Assembly (NCBI RefSeq): GCF_009914755.1
Contig: NC_060936.1
Length of the DNA stretch: 64,000 bases
Direction: 5' to 3' (one strand)
From: the human T2T-CHM13v2.0 reference genome, Homo sapiens
Each line of letters begins with the position of its first letter. The first letter of the stretch is position 1. Both the position numbers and the translations under genes were made by a program. This document shows positions 15,422-41,924 of the stretch, one piece after another. The notes under the pieces are model-generated. The model searched no databases, was not told the DNA's origin, and worked only from the letters and a program-made list of their open reading frames with translations.

Positions 15422-16724
15422 GTAATTAATTAATTAAAATTGCTCAGGCCCAGCTGTGTGAAGGCCGGTGTCCCCACACTGCCCACCATCCCCCTGCTGT
15501 GTTCTTGCTGAGAGTTCCTTACTGAGGGCTCCATTTCCTGGCCCGGTGGAATGCCTGCTCCCAGCTCCCTACTCTCCCAGGCTGCTCCCTTATCTATTGG
15601 GCCAGTCTCTGTTTCCCTTTAGTTTTGGAATCCATGGGTTCCCCCTCCCCACAAGAAACCTTGGCAGAAGGCTTTGTCCATAGGGAAGCAAAGAACCCAG
15701 TTAGCAGCTCAGCTCTGGCCTGGCCTTGGCCTTGACCTTTCACAGTACTGTGAGCCAGCAGGTAGGTAAGCTCACCGGTGCTATGCACGGCCTCCTTCAG
15801 ATCCTTCTCAGGGCAGCCTACCAGAGACTGTATTTGCAGAGGAGCTGGCAGGGCCTGTGTGGAGCCAGCTGCGCTGCGCCTGATAAGTTTGTTTGCTTAT
15901 CTTTGTTTGTGTGCTTGTTGCTGGCTCCTTGGAGCTATGGGTGTGTTTGTGGGGTGTTGGAGATGACTGACCCTGATTGGTAAAATAGGGATGAAGCGAG
16001 CAGGGCAGGGTGTGGTGTGAGAAATAATGTCATCTATTCTTCCGGTGCCCCCCACTTCTTCCCCACAGAGAGATTTTCCTTCTGTTCCCTGTCCTAGAGG
16101 GCCCTGGGGCAGCAGCTTTTAGGTTCTTGGAAAGATGGGGAGCAGCCACCCCCGCTGAGCAACTCAGATTGAGGTTGGGGTGTGCTGCCCTCCCAGACGA
16201 CTGGAAGATTGACACAGCAGCGCTCTTTCAGTTCTTTGTTCTTTGTTGGCTGGGATCACTGGAAATATATCAGTGAGACTTAAATGTGTCCTGGGAGCTT
16301 GAGCTGCCCAGTAGGCGACCCATGGCTGCAGAACAGCCAGCTCCAGCAATGTGTCATCCTGGAAGGGCAGCTGGCCTGCCTTCTGTCAGGTCACATGGGT
16401 TGGCTGATGTTGGTTTCTGTGTAATTTTTTTCCTCCTTTTTAACATGGTGCCTCAAAGTCACGGGGACTTGAGGGTAGAAATTAGGAGGGAAGGGCAGGT
16501 TTTTCAGCTGGCTCTTGGGCTGTGCTTGACAAAGCCATCATTGTTTTGAATAAAGTGCCAGTTGGTGTGGTTTGCGTCGCTCCGGTGCTCTGAAATTGGC
16601 TTCTCTTCTTCCACCTCTGCTGCTGATCCTGGGGGTGGGCTGGGAGGAGGACCACTGGTTCCAGAGAAGAAACCACTTCCCTTTGCCTCCCTGCTCAGCA
16701 GGAGCAGCGGGAACAGCGTCTTAG

Positions 16725-17095
<371 letters not shown>

Positions 17096-19189
17096 TTGCA
17101 AAGCAGATTGCTGTCTCTTGGTCCAGAGGGCATCCTGGACCCCAGCTGTTGGCAGCCAGCGGGCATCCTGGACCCCAGCTGTTGCAGCCAGCCTTGCCTC
17201 TTGGTAATGCCCTGGGGGCATTGCCCTTCCAGGCATCGTGCTGCGCACTGGTGGCCCCAGCCTCACTTGGCCCTAGCCTGTTCCAGACATGAGACCGCCT
17301 GCTGTGGTCAGGTTCCCCACCTGCTGTCCCTGCAGCCCGGGCTGATTTCCCCAATGACCTTTTTGGTCTGATGTCTGTCCCTATCATGTGTATGATGCCT
17401 CAGGCTACAAATAACCAGCAAGAGAGAACAGTTCCTCTGCTGAACTCCCTCAGGGGGAGGAGCAGAGCCTCAGGGCTTTGGCTTTCTGATGCCAACTTAG
17501 GTTGCATTGTCCTACCTCTGCGCCTCCTTGGTTTCCTATTTGTGTGGCTATATGAGGAATAGTCCTCATATCCAAATATATTTGTGGAAATCCCAGCCCT
17601 GAAGGAGTTTAGGGCATTAGGAGAACTCCCTTGGTGGGTGGGAGGGTGGAGGCGGCTCACATGGAAAGGTGTTTGTAGTGAGAAGATGGAGACTACATTT
17701 CCTCCCCAAGTCAGGAACTTCGTTTCTCTGCATTTGAATCAATAGCTCTCCAAGTGCAGTGTGGTTATACCCCGACATTTGAAGAGCCAGGAAGGAGGAA
17801 ATGCAGAGTGCAAAAACATGTCAGGTCTCTGCCCCAGACAGCCAAGTTCAAGTGTTTTTTTTTTCTCAAAGATGGAGCTGCAGTGCAGGAGGAGTGTAGA
17901 CCTGGTGAACAGAGCTGGGTGGTCAGGTGGCAAGATGAAATGACCTTATCTACAGGGTTAGTTATTCAGACTGACTTGGGAAGCACCTCTGTGGTACCAT
18001 TTGAGGAGCACAGAAGAATCTGTGAATGGATCTAAAATGACTTCTTTAGGTCAGTCCTTTGAGTTTTATGGGATTAAGGTTGGCTTGCTATTAAAATGTG
18101 TTTGTAAAAATACCTAATTTGCCCCTCTCTTAAGGAATAGAGCTTCCTTTGATATTAACCAGTTTTCTAGATCACTGTTTATTTTGTTTAATCATCTCTT
18201 TTACAAAATTAACCATTTTTAATGGGAAGTAGAAATCTGTCTCAAATGCATACTCATTTTTGCTGCTTTCTTGAACATATTGAACATAACTTTTGATTAT
18301 TTAGAAACATATTTTTGAATATTATTTATTGCATTATTGTGGTAATCTTTCATTGTTAAGGTATATTGAATTCTCTGTTCAACAGTCCCAGACTTTCTCA
18401 TGAGTTAGGTTTTCAACTTGAATGATCATCTCCTCTAGGCTTTTGGCTGTCACTTGCTCAGCAGTGAGTTTCCCTTTTTGTCTGGTGTCTCCCATTTTCT
18501 ATTGGTTTGCATAACTTGTTAAATTGAGTGTAAAACAAGGGTAATTAACTTAGTGAGGGTTTAGAGACTCTCCTCTGAGTCAAGTGCACAGACCTTTGTT
18601 ATCTATCTTGAATTACTTTTACTTACTTCTGGATAACTAAATTAAGCTCCAGATAATTGTGAGATAATGGTATACATACAGACTCCTTTTACAGAATACT
18701 CCGAAGCCATTATTAGCCAGTTATTAGCCAGTTACATCAGTGAATGTTGTTCACCAGATTAACTTGTATGTGTAATAGAAATTATCTGCAAATCTTGTGA
18801 AAGGGCAAAGATCCTCAACTCTTCAAAAAATTATAATATATTCTCATTTTTGAAATCTGGCAAATAAGTAAACTCAATCAACAGGGCAGACTATGTCCCC
18901 GGGCTAACTGAATTTTACTTTTTGCCAATTATGAGATGGACATTCACTTCTTCCCCTTTGCCAAGAGGAAATCATTCTGTGGAGGTTCTTTTCCTTCCTC
19001 CTCCCTCATCACATAGAGGTGTATGCTCATGGTCAAATGCAGGATTCAGACATTTTGGAAAGACAGGAAGAAAAGAGCCCTGGAAAGCTGCTCTTAGAGT
19101 TACACCCTGTTGTTTTGTCACTTTGCTTTTTTTTCTTTTTTTTTTTCCTGTGCCCATGTAGGTAAAAATAGACCTGCAGCATCATTTTC

Positions 19190-19770
<581 letters not shown>

Positions 19771-19934
19771 AGTTAAATAGTCCTTTGATGACTATCCTTG
19801 TTTATAGCTCTTCTCATTATACTTCTTAAATTATTTCCTTGAGATATATTCTCAAAAGTGAAACTACAAGATCAAAGTAGGTATTCACACTGAAGTCTGA
19901 TATACATTGCAAGAGTAGTTTTCAAAAGTTGTAT

Positions 19935-21830
<1,896 letters not shown>

Positions 21831-22314
21831 CATGTGGTACCAATTAATAGTCCCACTAGTGTTATTTAAGAGGGTCCAACTCCTTACATTATCCCCAACC
21901 CTTGGGTATCATTACTATAATTTAAAAACTTCAATCAGCTCTATTAAGGTATAATATGTAAACAATAAAATTCACCCTTACAAGTGTACTGATTTATAGT
22001 TTTGGCAAATGTATGCACACATGTGACCACTGCAATCAATATACAGAACATTTCCATGACCCCAGAAGGTTCCCTCGCGCCCTTCCCAGGCATCCTCTCC
22101 TTCCCTATCTGCGCACTATCACTGTGAATCAGATTAGTCTTTCCGTGTGTTTTGTATAAATAGAATCAGACAGTTTGTATCCTTGTGTCTCGCTTCCTTT
22201 GTTCGGCATGTTTTTAAGACTTATCCATGTTGCTGTCTGCACCTGTAGTTAATATTCTGTCGTATAGATATAGCAGTGCGTTTTCTCCATTCATGTGTTG
22301 GTAGATGTATTTGA

Positions 22315-23422
<1,108 letters not shown>

Positions 23423-23492
23423 GATTTTTCACTTTTATGTGGTCAAAACACCCATGGTACAAAAGAGGTATCTCTCAAAAACTTCCCTTTTA

Positions 23493-23579
23493 GAGGCGGA
23501 GCTTGCAGTGAGCCGAGATTGTGCCACTGCAGTCCGGCCTGGGCTAAAGAGCGGGACTCCGTCTCAAAAAAAAAAAAAA
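23493..23579 (+). mobile_element. Heavily 5'-truncated young AluY-lineage insertion
   Basis: gaggcggagcttgcagtgagccgag...ccgtctc then poly-A; perfect 16-bp TSD aaaaacttccctttta. Confidence 0.92.
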
Positions 23580-24281
23580 CTTCCCTTTTATAAGCCCTTT
23601 CCCCCCCTTCTTTTCCTCCTCTCTCTCTTGTTCCCTTCTTTCTCTGTCTGCTTTACTTTAGAACCTGATGTGACAAATTAGCTTTGATTCCTATTCTGTC
23701 ATCGTTTTGGACTATAGGTTCAGACTATAGGTTCACACTTAAGTGTGAGATGTTGGCCAACTGGCATTTCCATCGCTTCACTTGCTCTTCTTTTTCAAGG
23801 ATTTGCCTGTTGCCCAGGCCAGCCCCTGGCTGGGAAAAGTAGCAGCAAGGTTGGGACTTTGATCCTAGGCTCTGCACTGTGGGTGGTGTTATCTCAACTT
23901 ATCCTCTGTCTTCAAAGCTGCAGACCCATTTATGGTGGTGATGGAGAAGGGAGGGAAGAGCATGGGCCAGAAGCCAAAGCTGCTCGTTTCTGGAGAAGGC
24001 CTCCTGATTCCCTCTGCCTGAAACCCTTTTCTCTCCCTTCTTTCCCTGGTTAACTCCTGCCCGTCCTTGGAGACTCCGCTCAGGCATCCTAATTAAGGAA
24101 AACACCACTGGGTGCCCCTCCATTGCACTTCCATACACTCCACACATGCCTTTGCTCACTCAAAGGAAGACCTTTCTGTCTTCTGCATTAGCTCGTGAGG
24201 TCCTGAGGGCAGAGCCAGGGATGGCATTGTCACTGTGTTGTCACTGTCTGTGCAGAGCCTGACACATCGGGCTTTTGGTAA

Positions 24282-24688
<407 letters not shown>

Positions 24689-25496
24689 TTCACTGCTCTT
24701 GATTCCCATAGATTCATGGAGCTGAAAGAGAGGTAGCAGCATCAGCTGCACCAGCTGCACTAGCTTCCGGGTGCAGGACTCCAACTGGGCCCACGCCTCT
24801 CCTCTGAGAGCACTGGCAGGGGTTCAACGTCACCAGCCCTCCTCCTTGTGTTCTCCTCTGTCTGTCGCCCTCTCCCAGGTTGTCCACTCTGTAGCTTGAC
24901 TAAGAGGCACTTGATAAGGGTCACTGCTGTGAAGTGTGCCTGAGAGCTGATGGTGCAGGCAGTCATCAGGCCCTTGGTGGCATTTCCTCGTGGCGGGAGC
25001 TGGGGGTTCAGGTGACAGGACAGCTGTGAAACCCCCAGCTGCAATTCCTGTGTAAGGGCTAATAAAGACATTTCTGCCTGTGCTGTCGCTCTTGGTGGGA
25101 TGCATTTGCATTTTCCTGGATGTACCTAATCTCACAGCTCTGGTGCTCTCCAGCTCCGCAGCACCTTTGTTCAGCATCCCCCCACAGTCGTTCCCCCTCT
25201 TCCCATCCAGAGTCACGGTGAGGCTTGGCCACAGTGGCCTAGAGGCTTTAATTGTGCGGTTCCCACAGCACAGTGAGTCAGACAGCCCTGAACGTCTTGG
25301 GAAGCATCAGCTGAATGTATGAATTCTTTTTACTGAGAACCTCCTGTGTTCCAGATAGAAAGTCAGTCTGCTCTAAATACCTGGCTTCATTTCATTCTTA
25401 CCACAGCTCTGTGAAGTAGTTTTCTTTTTTTCCCAAAGAAAGTGAAGTTCTGAAAGGCCAGGTGTCTGTCCAAGGCTGCAGAGCTGGCAGGCAGTT

Positions 25497-25790
25497 GGAC
25501 ACTGACTGCCCTCTCCCGGCTCTCCTGTGGCTGGTGGTGACAGGGTGGTTAGAAAAGTGTCTTTTCCGAGTTGGCCCTGATTGAAAAGGGGGATTTGGGG
25601 GGACATTGTCCTCCCCCAGCTCTCCTGTGACCAGTGGTGACAGGGTGGTGATAAAAGCATCTTTCTGAGTTGGCCTTGATTGGAAGGTGGGGGGTTGCGG
25701 GGACACTGCCCTCTCTGGCTCTCCCCTGGCCGGCGGTGACTAGGTGGTAATAAAAGTATCTTTCCAAGCTGACCCTGATTGGAAGGTGCG
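25497..25790. repeat. Diverged ~100-bp tandem triplication
   Basis: tctcc(tg/cc)tg..ggtgac..ggtgg..aaaag..tcttt..gatt recurs at 25521, 25621 and 25720. Confidence 0.9.
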
Positions 25791-25874
25791 CCATGTGTCC
25801 CCTGCGAAGGGCAGCCTGGCCTGTGATGCTGCTGATGGAGAAGATGAATTTTTATGACATTAAGACAGAATCAG

Positions 25875-26175
25875 GGCCGAAAGGGGTGGTTCACACCTGT
25901 AATCCCAGCACTTTGGGAGGCTGAGGCGGGTGAATCACGAGTTCAAGAGATCAAGACCATCCTGGCCAACACGGTGAAACCTCGTCTGTACTAAAAATAC
26001 AAAAATTAGCCAGGTATGGTGGCGGGCATCTACAATCTCAGCTACTCAGGAGGCTGAGGCAGGAGAATGGCTTTAACCCAGGAGGCAGAGGTTGCAGTGA
26101 GCTGAGATAACACCACTGCAACTCTAGCCTGGCGACAGAGCGAGACTCCATCTCAAAAAAAAAAAAAAAAAAAAA
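25875..26175 (+). mobile_element. AluSc-like element
   Basis: Sense Alu dimer. Confidence 0.88.
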
Positions 26176-26774
26176 GACAGAATTAGATTTCCTCAGTAAA
26201 ATCTGGGATTTTGCCATCAGAGGAATCATATTATCATTCTTCCTTATGTCAGGAAAGGGTAGCAGGCCCTTGTACATAACACGAGGACTGAAACTTTATA
26301 GTCAAAAAATCAACATAAATGGTTGGCTTCAAGTTTTGTTCATAATTACTCTCTCCCTGCTCGACTCCTCCCCACCTCTAAATGCACGCTGGCCCCCAAA
26401 GATCTGCAGGAAGGAGAAGACACAAAATCTCCTTCCCATGTGGGTCACGCCCTTTCATTAGTCCGTGAGCTCCTGCAAGGCCTGTGTTTTGCTTTCACTT
26501 GTGTGTGGAGGGAACCAGCAGTACATCAGGGACTTCGGTTTTGAGAAATGAGTGCCCATCACTGTCTAGGCAGACTTCTTTTTCCTGCTCTGTAGTTTTT
26601 CTTAAATTATGTGTGTCTTACAAATTCTCATTCCATTTTAGTCTATTCTTCCAGGAGGCCTTCAAGCAGGGGTAAATGAAAGAGAGAGACATTAGTCACT
26701 CTGACCTTGACTTTTAGTGACTAAACCTGTGCTCACCCTCATGTGAAACTATAAAAAATATAATTTCCTTTTTA

Positions 26775-27271
26775 GGTGGCACAATCTCAGCTCACTGCAA
26801 CCTCTGCCTTCCGGGCTCAAGTGATTCTCCTGCCTCAGCCTCCTGAGTAGCTGGGATTACAAGCGTGCACCACCACACCTGGCTAATTTTTGTATTTTTA
26901 GTAGAGATGGGGTTTCACCATGTTGGCCATGCTGGTCTCGAACTCCTGACCTGAAGTGTTCTGCCCACCTTGGCCTCCCAAAGTGCTGGGATTACAAGGC
27001 GTGAGCCACCACGCCCAGCTAATTTTTGTATTTTTAGTAGTGACGGGGTTGCACTGTGTTGGCTAGGCTGGTCTTGAACTCCTGACCTGAAGTGATCCGC
27101 CCGCCTTGGCCTCCCAAAGTGTTGGGATTATAGGCATGAGCCACTGTGCCCAACTACTTTTTGTATTCTTAGTAGTGATGGGGTTTTGCCATGTTGGCCA
27201 GGCTGGTCTCGAACTCCTGGCCTTAAGCGATCCACACTGGGATTACAGGTGTGAGCCACCGTGCCTGGCCC
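26775..27271 (-). mobile_element. Alu with one right arm and three tandem left arms
   Basis: Linker plus left arm repeated at ~135-bp intervals. Confidence 0.85.
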
Positions 27272-27954
27272 AAATTGTTGCTTTTCACAGACAGGAAAGA
27301 AATGTAGATATATGGAATGCTGACAAAGATGTAATCCGTTCATACGTCTCAGGAGAGACAGAAGGGCTGTTTGACCTCAGATGGGTTGGCTGAGGAGATT
27401 TGCAGCATGTCTGAAATACAAAAACTGTTTCTACAGCTTGCCTTCGATTTAGAGTAGGCTCCAACTCTTCTGCCCATCCCAAACTCCTTTGCTACTTGGA
27501 AGGTTAATAAGTTGACTAAAAAACACCCATGGGAAGAGGATGCAAAGGAGAGATTTAGGTTGACAACTGATTCTCAGTAGCAGATGGGAGAAAGCATCTT
27601 TAGCAGGCAAAGGGAAAATGGATTTTATTTTGGAATTTCTATTATGTGATGAGGGCAGTACAAAGTTGTTCGTATGCTTTTTTGAATCCTCTTCCTCAAA
27701 TAAGCCAGAATCCTGTGGTTGCAGTGGGTGTTACAGGATCCAGCTATTCTTCCTTTTGCCGAATGGAAGTGGGTGTGACCCCAACGCATCCCTGCTCTGG
27801 GTGCCTCTCATTTTTATTCTTTAGGGCCAGGAACTCTCTTTCTGGGGAGGGATACAATTCCAGACCCTTAAAACTGAAAATAATTGGGAACAATCTTTAC
27901 TGAATTATCTCTTGTCTCAAAAAGGGAAAAACCTATTTAAAGCCTATTTAGGTT

Positions 27955-28887
<933 letters not shown>

Positions 28888-30143
28888 TTATAGGTCTTGG
28901 CTACCTGGCGAGTGTTACCTTATCCTTTTAAATGCATCAGACAGCTTCAGATTTCTTTGACTTGTAAGTAGGCTGTGTAGCTGGCAGTGCCTTGAAATGA
29001 CTAATAGTGGTGATAATATCAAATTTGTTTTTTGTCAGTCTTCATAGGTGCTTAGAAACATTTGCAAGTATGATCTGTTTTTATTACATCTCTGGTAGCC
29101 AATTTCTAGAGTCTTGACTCCAGGTGTGTACTCTGGCTAGAGAATGCTGTTCCTTGATTTATTGCCTCTTTAAGCCAGGTGTCTGCAATTGGGTAGAGTT
29201 TTTCATTCTTTACATAAACATTTTACCTTGGTGAATATTTAAACCAACTACCAACTGAATTACCTTTTTATGAAGGTGCTAGGGAAAAGCTGTATTCTTT
29301 GGGGACAGTCATGCTTAGTACTGAATATAATGGAAACCTTTCCCTGCTGCCTGTGGCTTAGCCGTTTGGTCAGGGTGAGGGTGGCAGCTGCCATATCAGC
29401 TAGGTGGGGCTATGTCAAACACAATAAAATGAGGATAGTGCTTGTGTTTGAGTGGTATAACTGCGTGATTTGGTTTTGTTTTGCTGTTTTTTCTTTCTAA
29501 ATTTCCTTTTTATATTATTTAGAAATGTTAGAAAAATATGATCAGAAATGTGAAGGAGGTTCATGAAGCAAATTATAGCAAACCAGATAGCTTTGGATTT
29601 CTCTTTTTAAGTAGGTTAAGTAGTGTAAGTAGAATAACATTCCTTAATTTGGTATGGTGATGGCCCAATTTGAAGTGGGGTGCTGCCTACATTAATTGAT
29701 TTATTAAACATAATCCCAATCAACATATTAAAATAGTTTTCTTTTTTCTTTTAGAATAGTTTTATTTTGAGATTTGTCAACATGGTCATAAAGTTCACTT
29801 GAAAGAATAGTAGGCAAGAATTCTAAAATTGTTTTAAAAGATGATGGGTGCTAACCTTACTTAGATAGTAAAGTATAGCACAGAGTTGTGGTGATTAAAT
29901 TAGTGTGATGGCAGCACAGGATTGGACACAGGTCAGTGGTGATGCAGGGCCCAGAACAAGCCCTGGTATAGGTGAAGATGCAACATATGTTCAGAGAAGT
30001 GTCGTAAGTCATTGTGGGAAGATGAGACAATGAGATAACTAGTTGGAATTTGTTTTTGTGAGCTGTGTAAAGAACTAAATTGATTTTCTCCCCAGATGAA
30101 TCAGAGTTATGTAAAAAGTGAAATCATTAAAAATGTATGTACA

Positions 30144-30538
<395 letters not shown>

Positions 30539-31039
30539 TTAGTTTAATGGGGAAAGATGGATTATTTAGGAAATCTTACCTAAAGCAGGATCCCTACATC
30601 ATCCCTGTACATTCATTCCACCAAATAAATCCTAGTTGGCTTTATTGAATTGAATGTAACAAGGGAAGCCGTGAAAGTTCTAGAAGGAAATAGGTAAGTG
30701 TTTTCAAAGTCTTAGGCTAGGAAAAGCCTTGTTAAGTACGACACAAAAAACAGAAGCATAAAAAAAGGACTTCTAAATTTTGACTATGTTAATGAAAATT
30801 AGTGTTTATCACAGCATTGTTTATTTGAAACAGCACGTCTGTTAATATAAATGTATGTCTGTGGGGAAATGGTTAAGTAGATTATGATAAATGTGTACAG
30901 TGAAATATTCTGTATATAAAAATAAAATAATATAAAACTTTATTGGCATAAGATGTCTGTGACATATAAGTGAAAAATGGGTTATAAAACAAACCTGTTC
31001 CTACCTATTTAAGCATTATGTTATTCATATATATATGGA

Positions 31040-31355
31040 TTTTTTGGTTTTTTCTTTTTGTTTTGAGACAGGGTCTCACTCTGCCACGCAGGCTAGAGTA
31101 CAGTGGTGAGTTCACAGTTCACTGCAGCCCTGCAGCTTCCACCTCCTGGACTCAGGTGCTCCTCCCACCTCAGCCTCCCGAGTAGCTGGGACTACAGGCA
31201 TGTACCACCACACCTGGCTAATTTTTGTATCTTTTGTAGAGATATGGTTTCGCCATGCTGTCCAGGCTGGTCTCGCTCTTCTGGGTTCAAGCGATCCACC
31301 CACCTCAGCCTCCCAAAGTGCTGGGATTACAGATGTGAGCCACCACATCCAGCCT
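31040..31355 (-). mobile_element. AluJ
   Basis: Antisense dimer. Confidence 0.85.
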
Positions 31356-31409
31356 ATTTATATATTTTTATCTTTATTTATATACATACATAGTCAGATG
31401 AATATGTAT

Positions 31410-32850
<1,441 letters not shown>

Positions 32851-33092
32851 GCTACACAATATTATCACCAAAATGTAACAGGTTATTTCTAGGTGGCGGA
32901 ATTGAAGGTGAGTTTGCTTTTGTTCTTTGCACTTTTCCTTTTTGTTTGAATTTTCTTTTATTATGGATAGATATATATTTTAATCAATAAAACTACAAAA
33001 GCTTAAAAGATAAAAGTGAAAACTAAATCTCTGAACGGGTGGGAGGGCAGGCAGGGAAGCAGTACAAGAAATTCTAAAGAAAAACCAGTAGT

Positions 33093-34167
<1,075 letters not shown>

Positions 34168-35479
34168 TTTTAGAAAAGGCAAAGGGCATGGGCAAACAGC
34201 TCAGAAAATATGGGGCACATGGCTAACGCGCAGGTTTTTAATTATGAAATTTCATTAACAAATGATGCAAATTGAAGTGAAATACCAAGTTTGCCTCTTG
34301 CAAATCTGGTTTCATCTCCAGTCCGGAGGAGCACCTTGGGGTCTGATTGGGGTTTACTCTTCTGGCGAGGAAACCTAGGACTCTGGCTTTAAATGGTGCC
34401 CTGCCCAGGGGTCCCTGCCCCTGCCCCTGCCTGAAAGTCCACTTATGGCTTGAATCTGACAGGAAACTTAAGAACATGCCCAAGAAGCTCCTAAAACTCA
34501 GGAGCATGCCTCACCATGCCCAGCATTGACCACGTGCTGGGCCCAGGCCCTCATATCTGCTATGGCTGACCCAGCTGTCCAGTGTGGTGGATGTGGTCAC
34601 TGTTTTGCAGAAGGTGGGCTGGGCCGGGCCAGCCTGGGTGACGAGGCCAGAAATGGAACCACTCTGCTTTCTTTGTTGGTTAGAAGTGGTCTAGACATGG
34701 TGGTGTCTGTCCTCTAGTGGAAGGCCTGGACACAGCCCATCCCAGGCAGGGTGAAGTCACCATTGCAGGCAGGCACATCTTGCCTGGTATCCACTCCCTC
34801 AAGTTGCCCTATTTTTGGGTGGTCATGGAAATGATTACTCCCTGCTTTTCACACAGAAAAGACAAACATACACCCTCACAAACAAGCTGGCACGCATGTG
34901 GGCGGAGCACCTGCAGGCACTCGAACACTCGCACACTGGAGTGTGCACCAGCCTTCCCGCCACAGCCCTCGGATCCTACTTCTCCAACAGGATGTTCTTT
35001 GAATGTAAGAAAAAAGATGCCAAGAGATCCACGAGGAGGATGGAGCAGGACCTGAAACCCCCTGGGGTTCCTCCATAGGAGACTCTCTGCTCGGGCAGGT
35101 GGCCCGACATGCACACTGCCCCTCCTGTCAAGCCATTGGCAGTGGCCCCTCCCGCGTGCCAGCTCCTCAATGAACCTTTGTTCGTCTGTAGCCTGTTAGC
35201 TTTGGCTGCTGGCAGCCTGTGGGACCAGGCCCACATCCCAGGACTAGCCGATAGAGACTGCCCTTTTGAAGCAAGTGAATTGGACTCCTGGAAGAGTCAT
35301 TCCTCCACTCCCTCATTGAAACCACCTAATAACCGTGATCCTCATATCTGGATCTGGTGCACAGAATTGACTGATATATCTGTTTTTGTGATGAATTGCC
35401 TTCCGCAATTAACTAGAAGCCCTAGAATGTCTTGGACCTTGCCTGGTCTTTTTTCCTTGTTTATTTTGAAAAAGTAATA

Positions 35480-36143
35480 CAGTAGTCCCCCCTTATCTGA
35501 GGGGGTGTGTTCTAAGACCCCAGTGGATGCCTGAAAGCTCAGATAGTGCCGAACCCTGTATACAGTACATTTTTTTCACATGTTAGCTCTATACTTGTGA
35601 TAAAGCTTAATTTATAAGTTAGGCACAGTAAGAGATTAACAACAATAATAACATAGAGCAATTATGACAATCTACTATTCACAATTGCATGGATAGAAAA
35701 TCTGTTTTTACCATAGATCTTAGCAACCTCAGCCTTGTTAAGTTGAGAACTTGCACCTTTTCACTTAATGAAAGCACTTTAAGGCTTCTCTAGGTCATAT
35801 CTGAATTGCCAGCATCACTACTCTTATGCTTTGTGGCCATTATTAAGTAAAATAAGGGCTACCTGAACATAAGCACTGTGATACCACAACCATGGATCTG
35901 ATCACTGAGATGGCTGCTAAGTGACTTAGCAGGTGGGTGGCAACTACAGTGTGGATCTGCTGGACAAAGGGATGAGTCATGTCCCAGGCGGGACAGAGCG
36001 GTACGGCGTGAGATTTTGCTATTCCAAATGGTGCACGGTTTAGGATTTATAGATTGTTTATTTCTGCAACTTTCCATGTAATATTTTCAGACAGCGGTTG
36101 ATCATGGGTAAAGCACAATACCGCAGAAAAGGGAGGAATGCCG
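35480..36143. mobile_element. MER44-like (TcMar-Tigger) non-autonomous DNA transposon
   Basis: Terminal repeat cagtagtccccccttatc, degenerate inverse gaaaagggaggaatgccg, TA on both sides. Confidence 0.85.
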
Positions 36144-36270
36144 TACATTCCAGTGTTATATTTCAACAATACAAAACGGTGTTCAGTGAACACTCCTTCT
36201 CACTGGACCCCTTGCTTCTCCAGCTCATCTCTGCAAAGGGAAATCGCTGTGGCACTCTTACCTTTTCTTA

Positions 36271-37478
<1,208 letters not shown>

Positions 37479-37944
37479 CGATATGCCAGTTTTGACTGGT
37501 TCCCTGTGATGAATATCTAGGTTATTTCCAACCTTTTGCTGCCGCAAACAGTGCTGCAGTTTAATGTCCTTCTCTTCACGTCTTTGTGCCCATGTGAGGT
37601 GGATCTGTCGAATCACTTCCTAGGAGTGGGCTTGTGGGTCACAGGGATGTGCAGTTACAGTGTTGATGGGCAGTTGTCAGCTTGCCCTTCAAAAAGGCTC
37701 ACAATTGTTTTTGCCCATCATTCTATCCCCAGCACCAGCTTAGTGACGAGAACTCTTCCCCACCAGAGCTCTAAACTGATTGGGAAGTAAAACGGAGGAA
37801 TCACTTTGTAGCAGCGCTATTCGCTGTAGCCCAAAGGTGGATACGACCTGTGTCCTACTGATGATGGATAAACAGAATGTGGTCCATCTATACATGGAAT
37901 ATGATTCTGCCTTGAAAGTAATGAAGTTCTGAGAATATTTTTTT

Positions 37945-41657
<3,713 letters not shown>

Positions 41658-41924
41658 TGAGGGCTTTTCACTGCCTCGATCAGGCTGAGTTCTGCTCACT
41701 GGGGCCACCACAGGCCAGGCAGAAGGAACTGTGTGGGCTTTGTCGAGCTGGCTTTCCCTATCCACTAGGCCTTTGCTTAAACGCCACTTCCTCCAGAAAG
41801 CCTCCCCTCACTGCTCTGGTCAGGTTGGCTATCCACCTTGTGCCCACAGCCATCTGCCCTTCAGGACGCTGAGCACAGAGGCATGACGTGTGCTCCCACC
41901 CAAGGCGTGCTGCATGAGGGGAAC

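Noticed and set aside
34238-35477. Cluster of overlapping 60-120-aa ORFs as a possible pseudogene
   Set aside because: No recognisable protein similarity, poly-A tail or TSD
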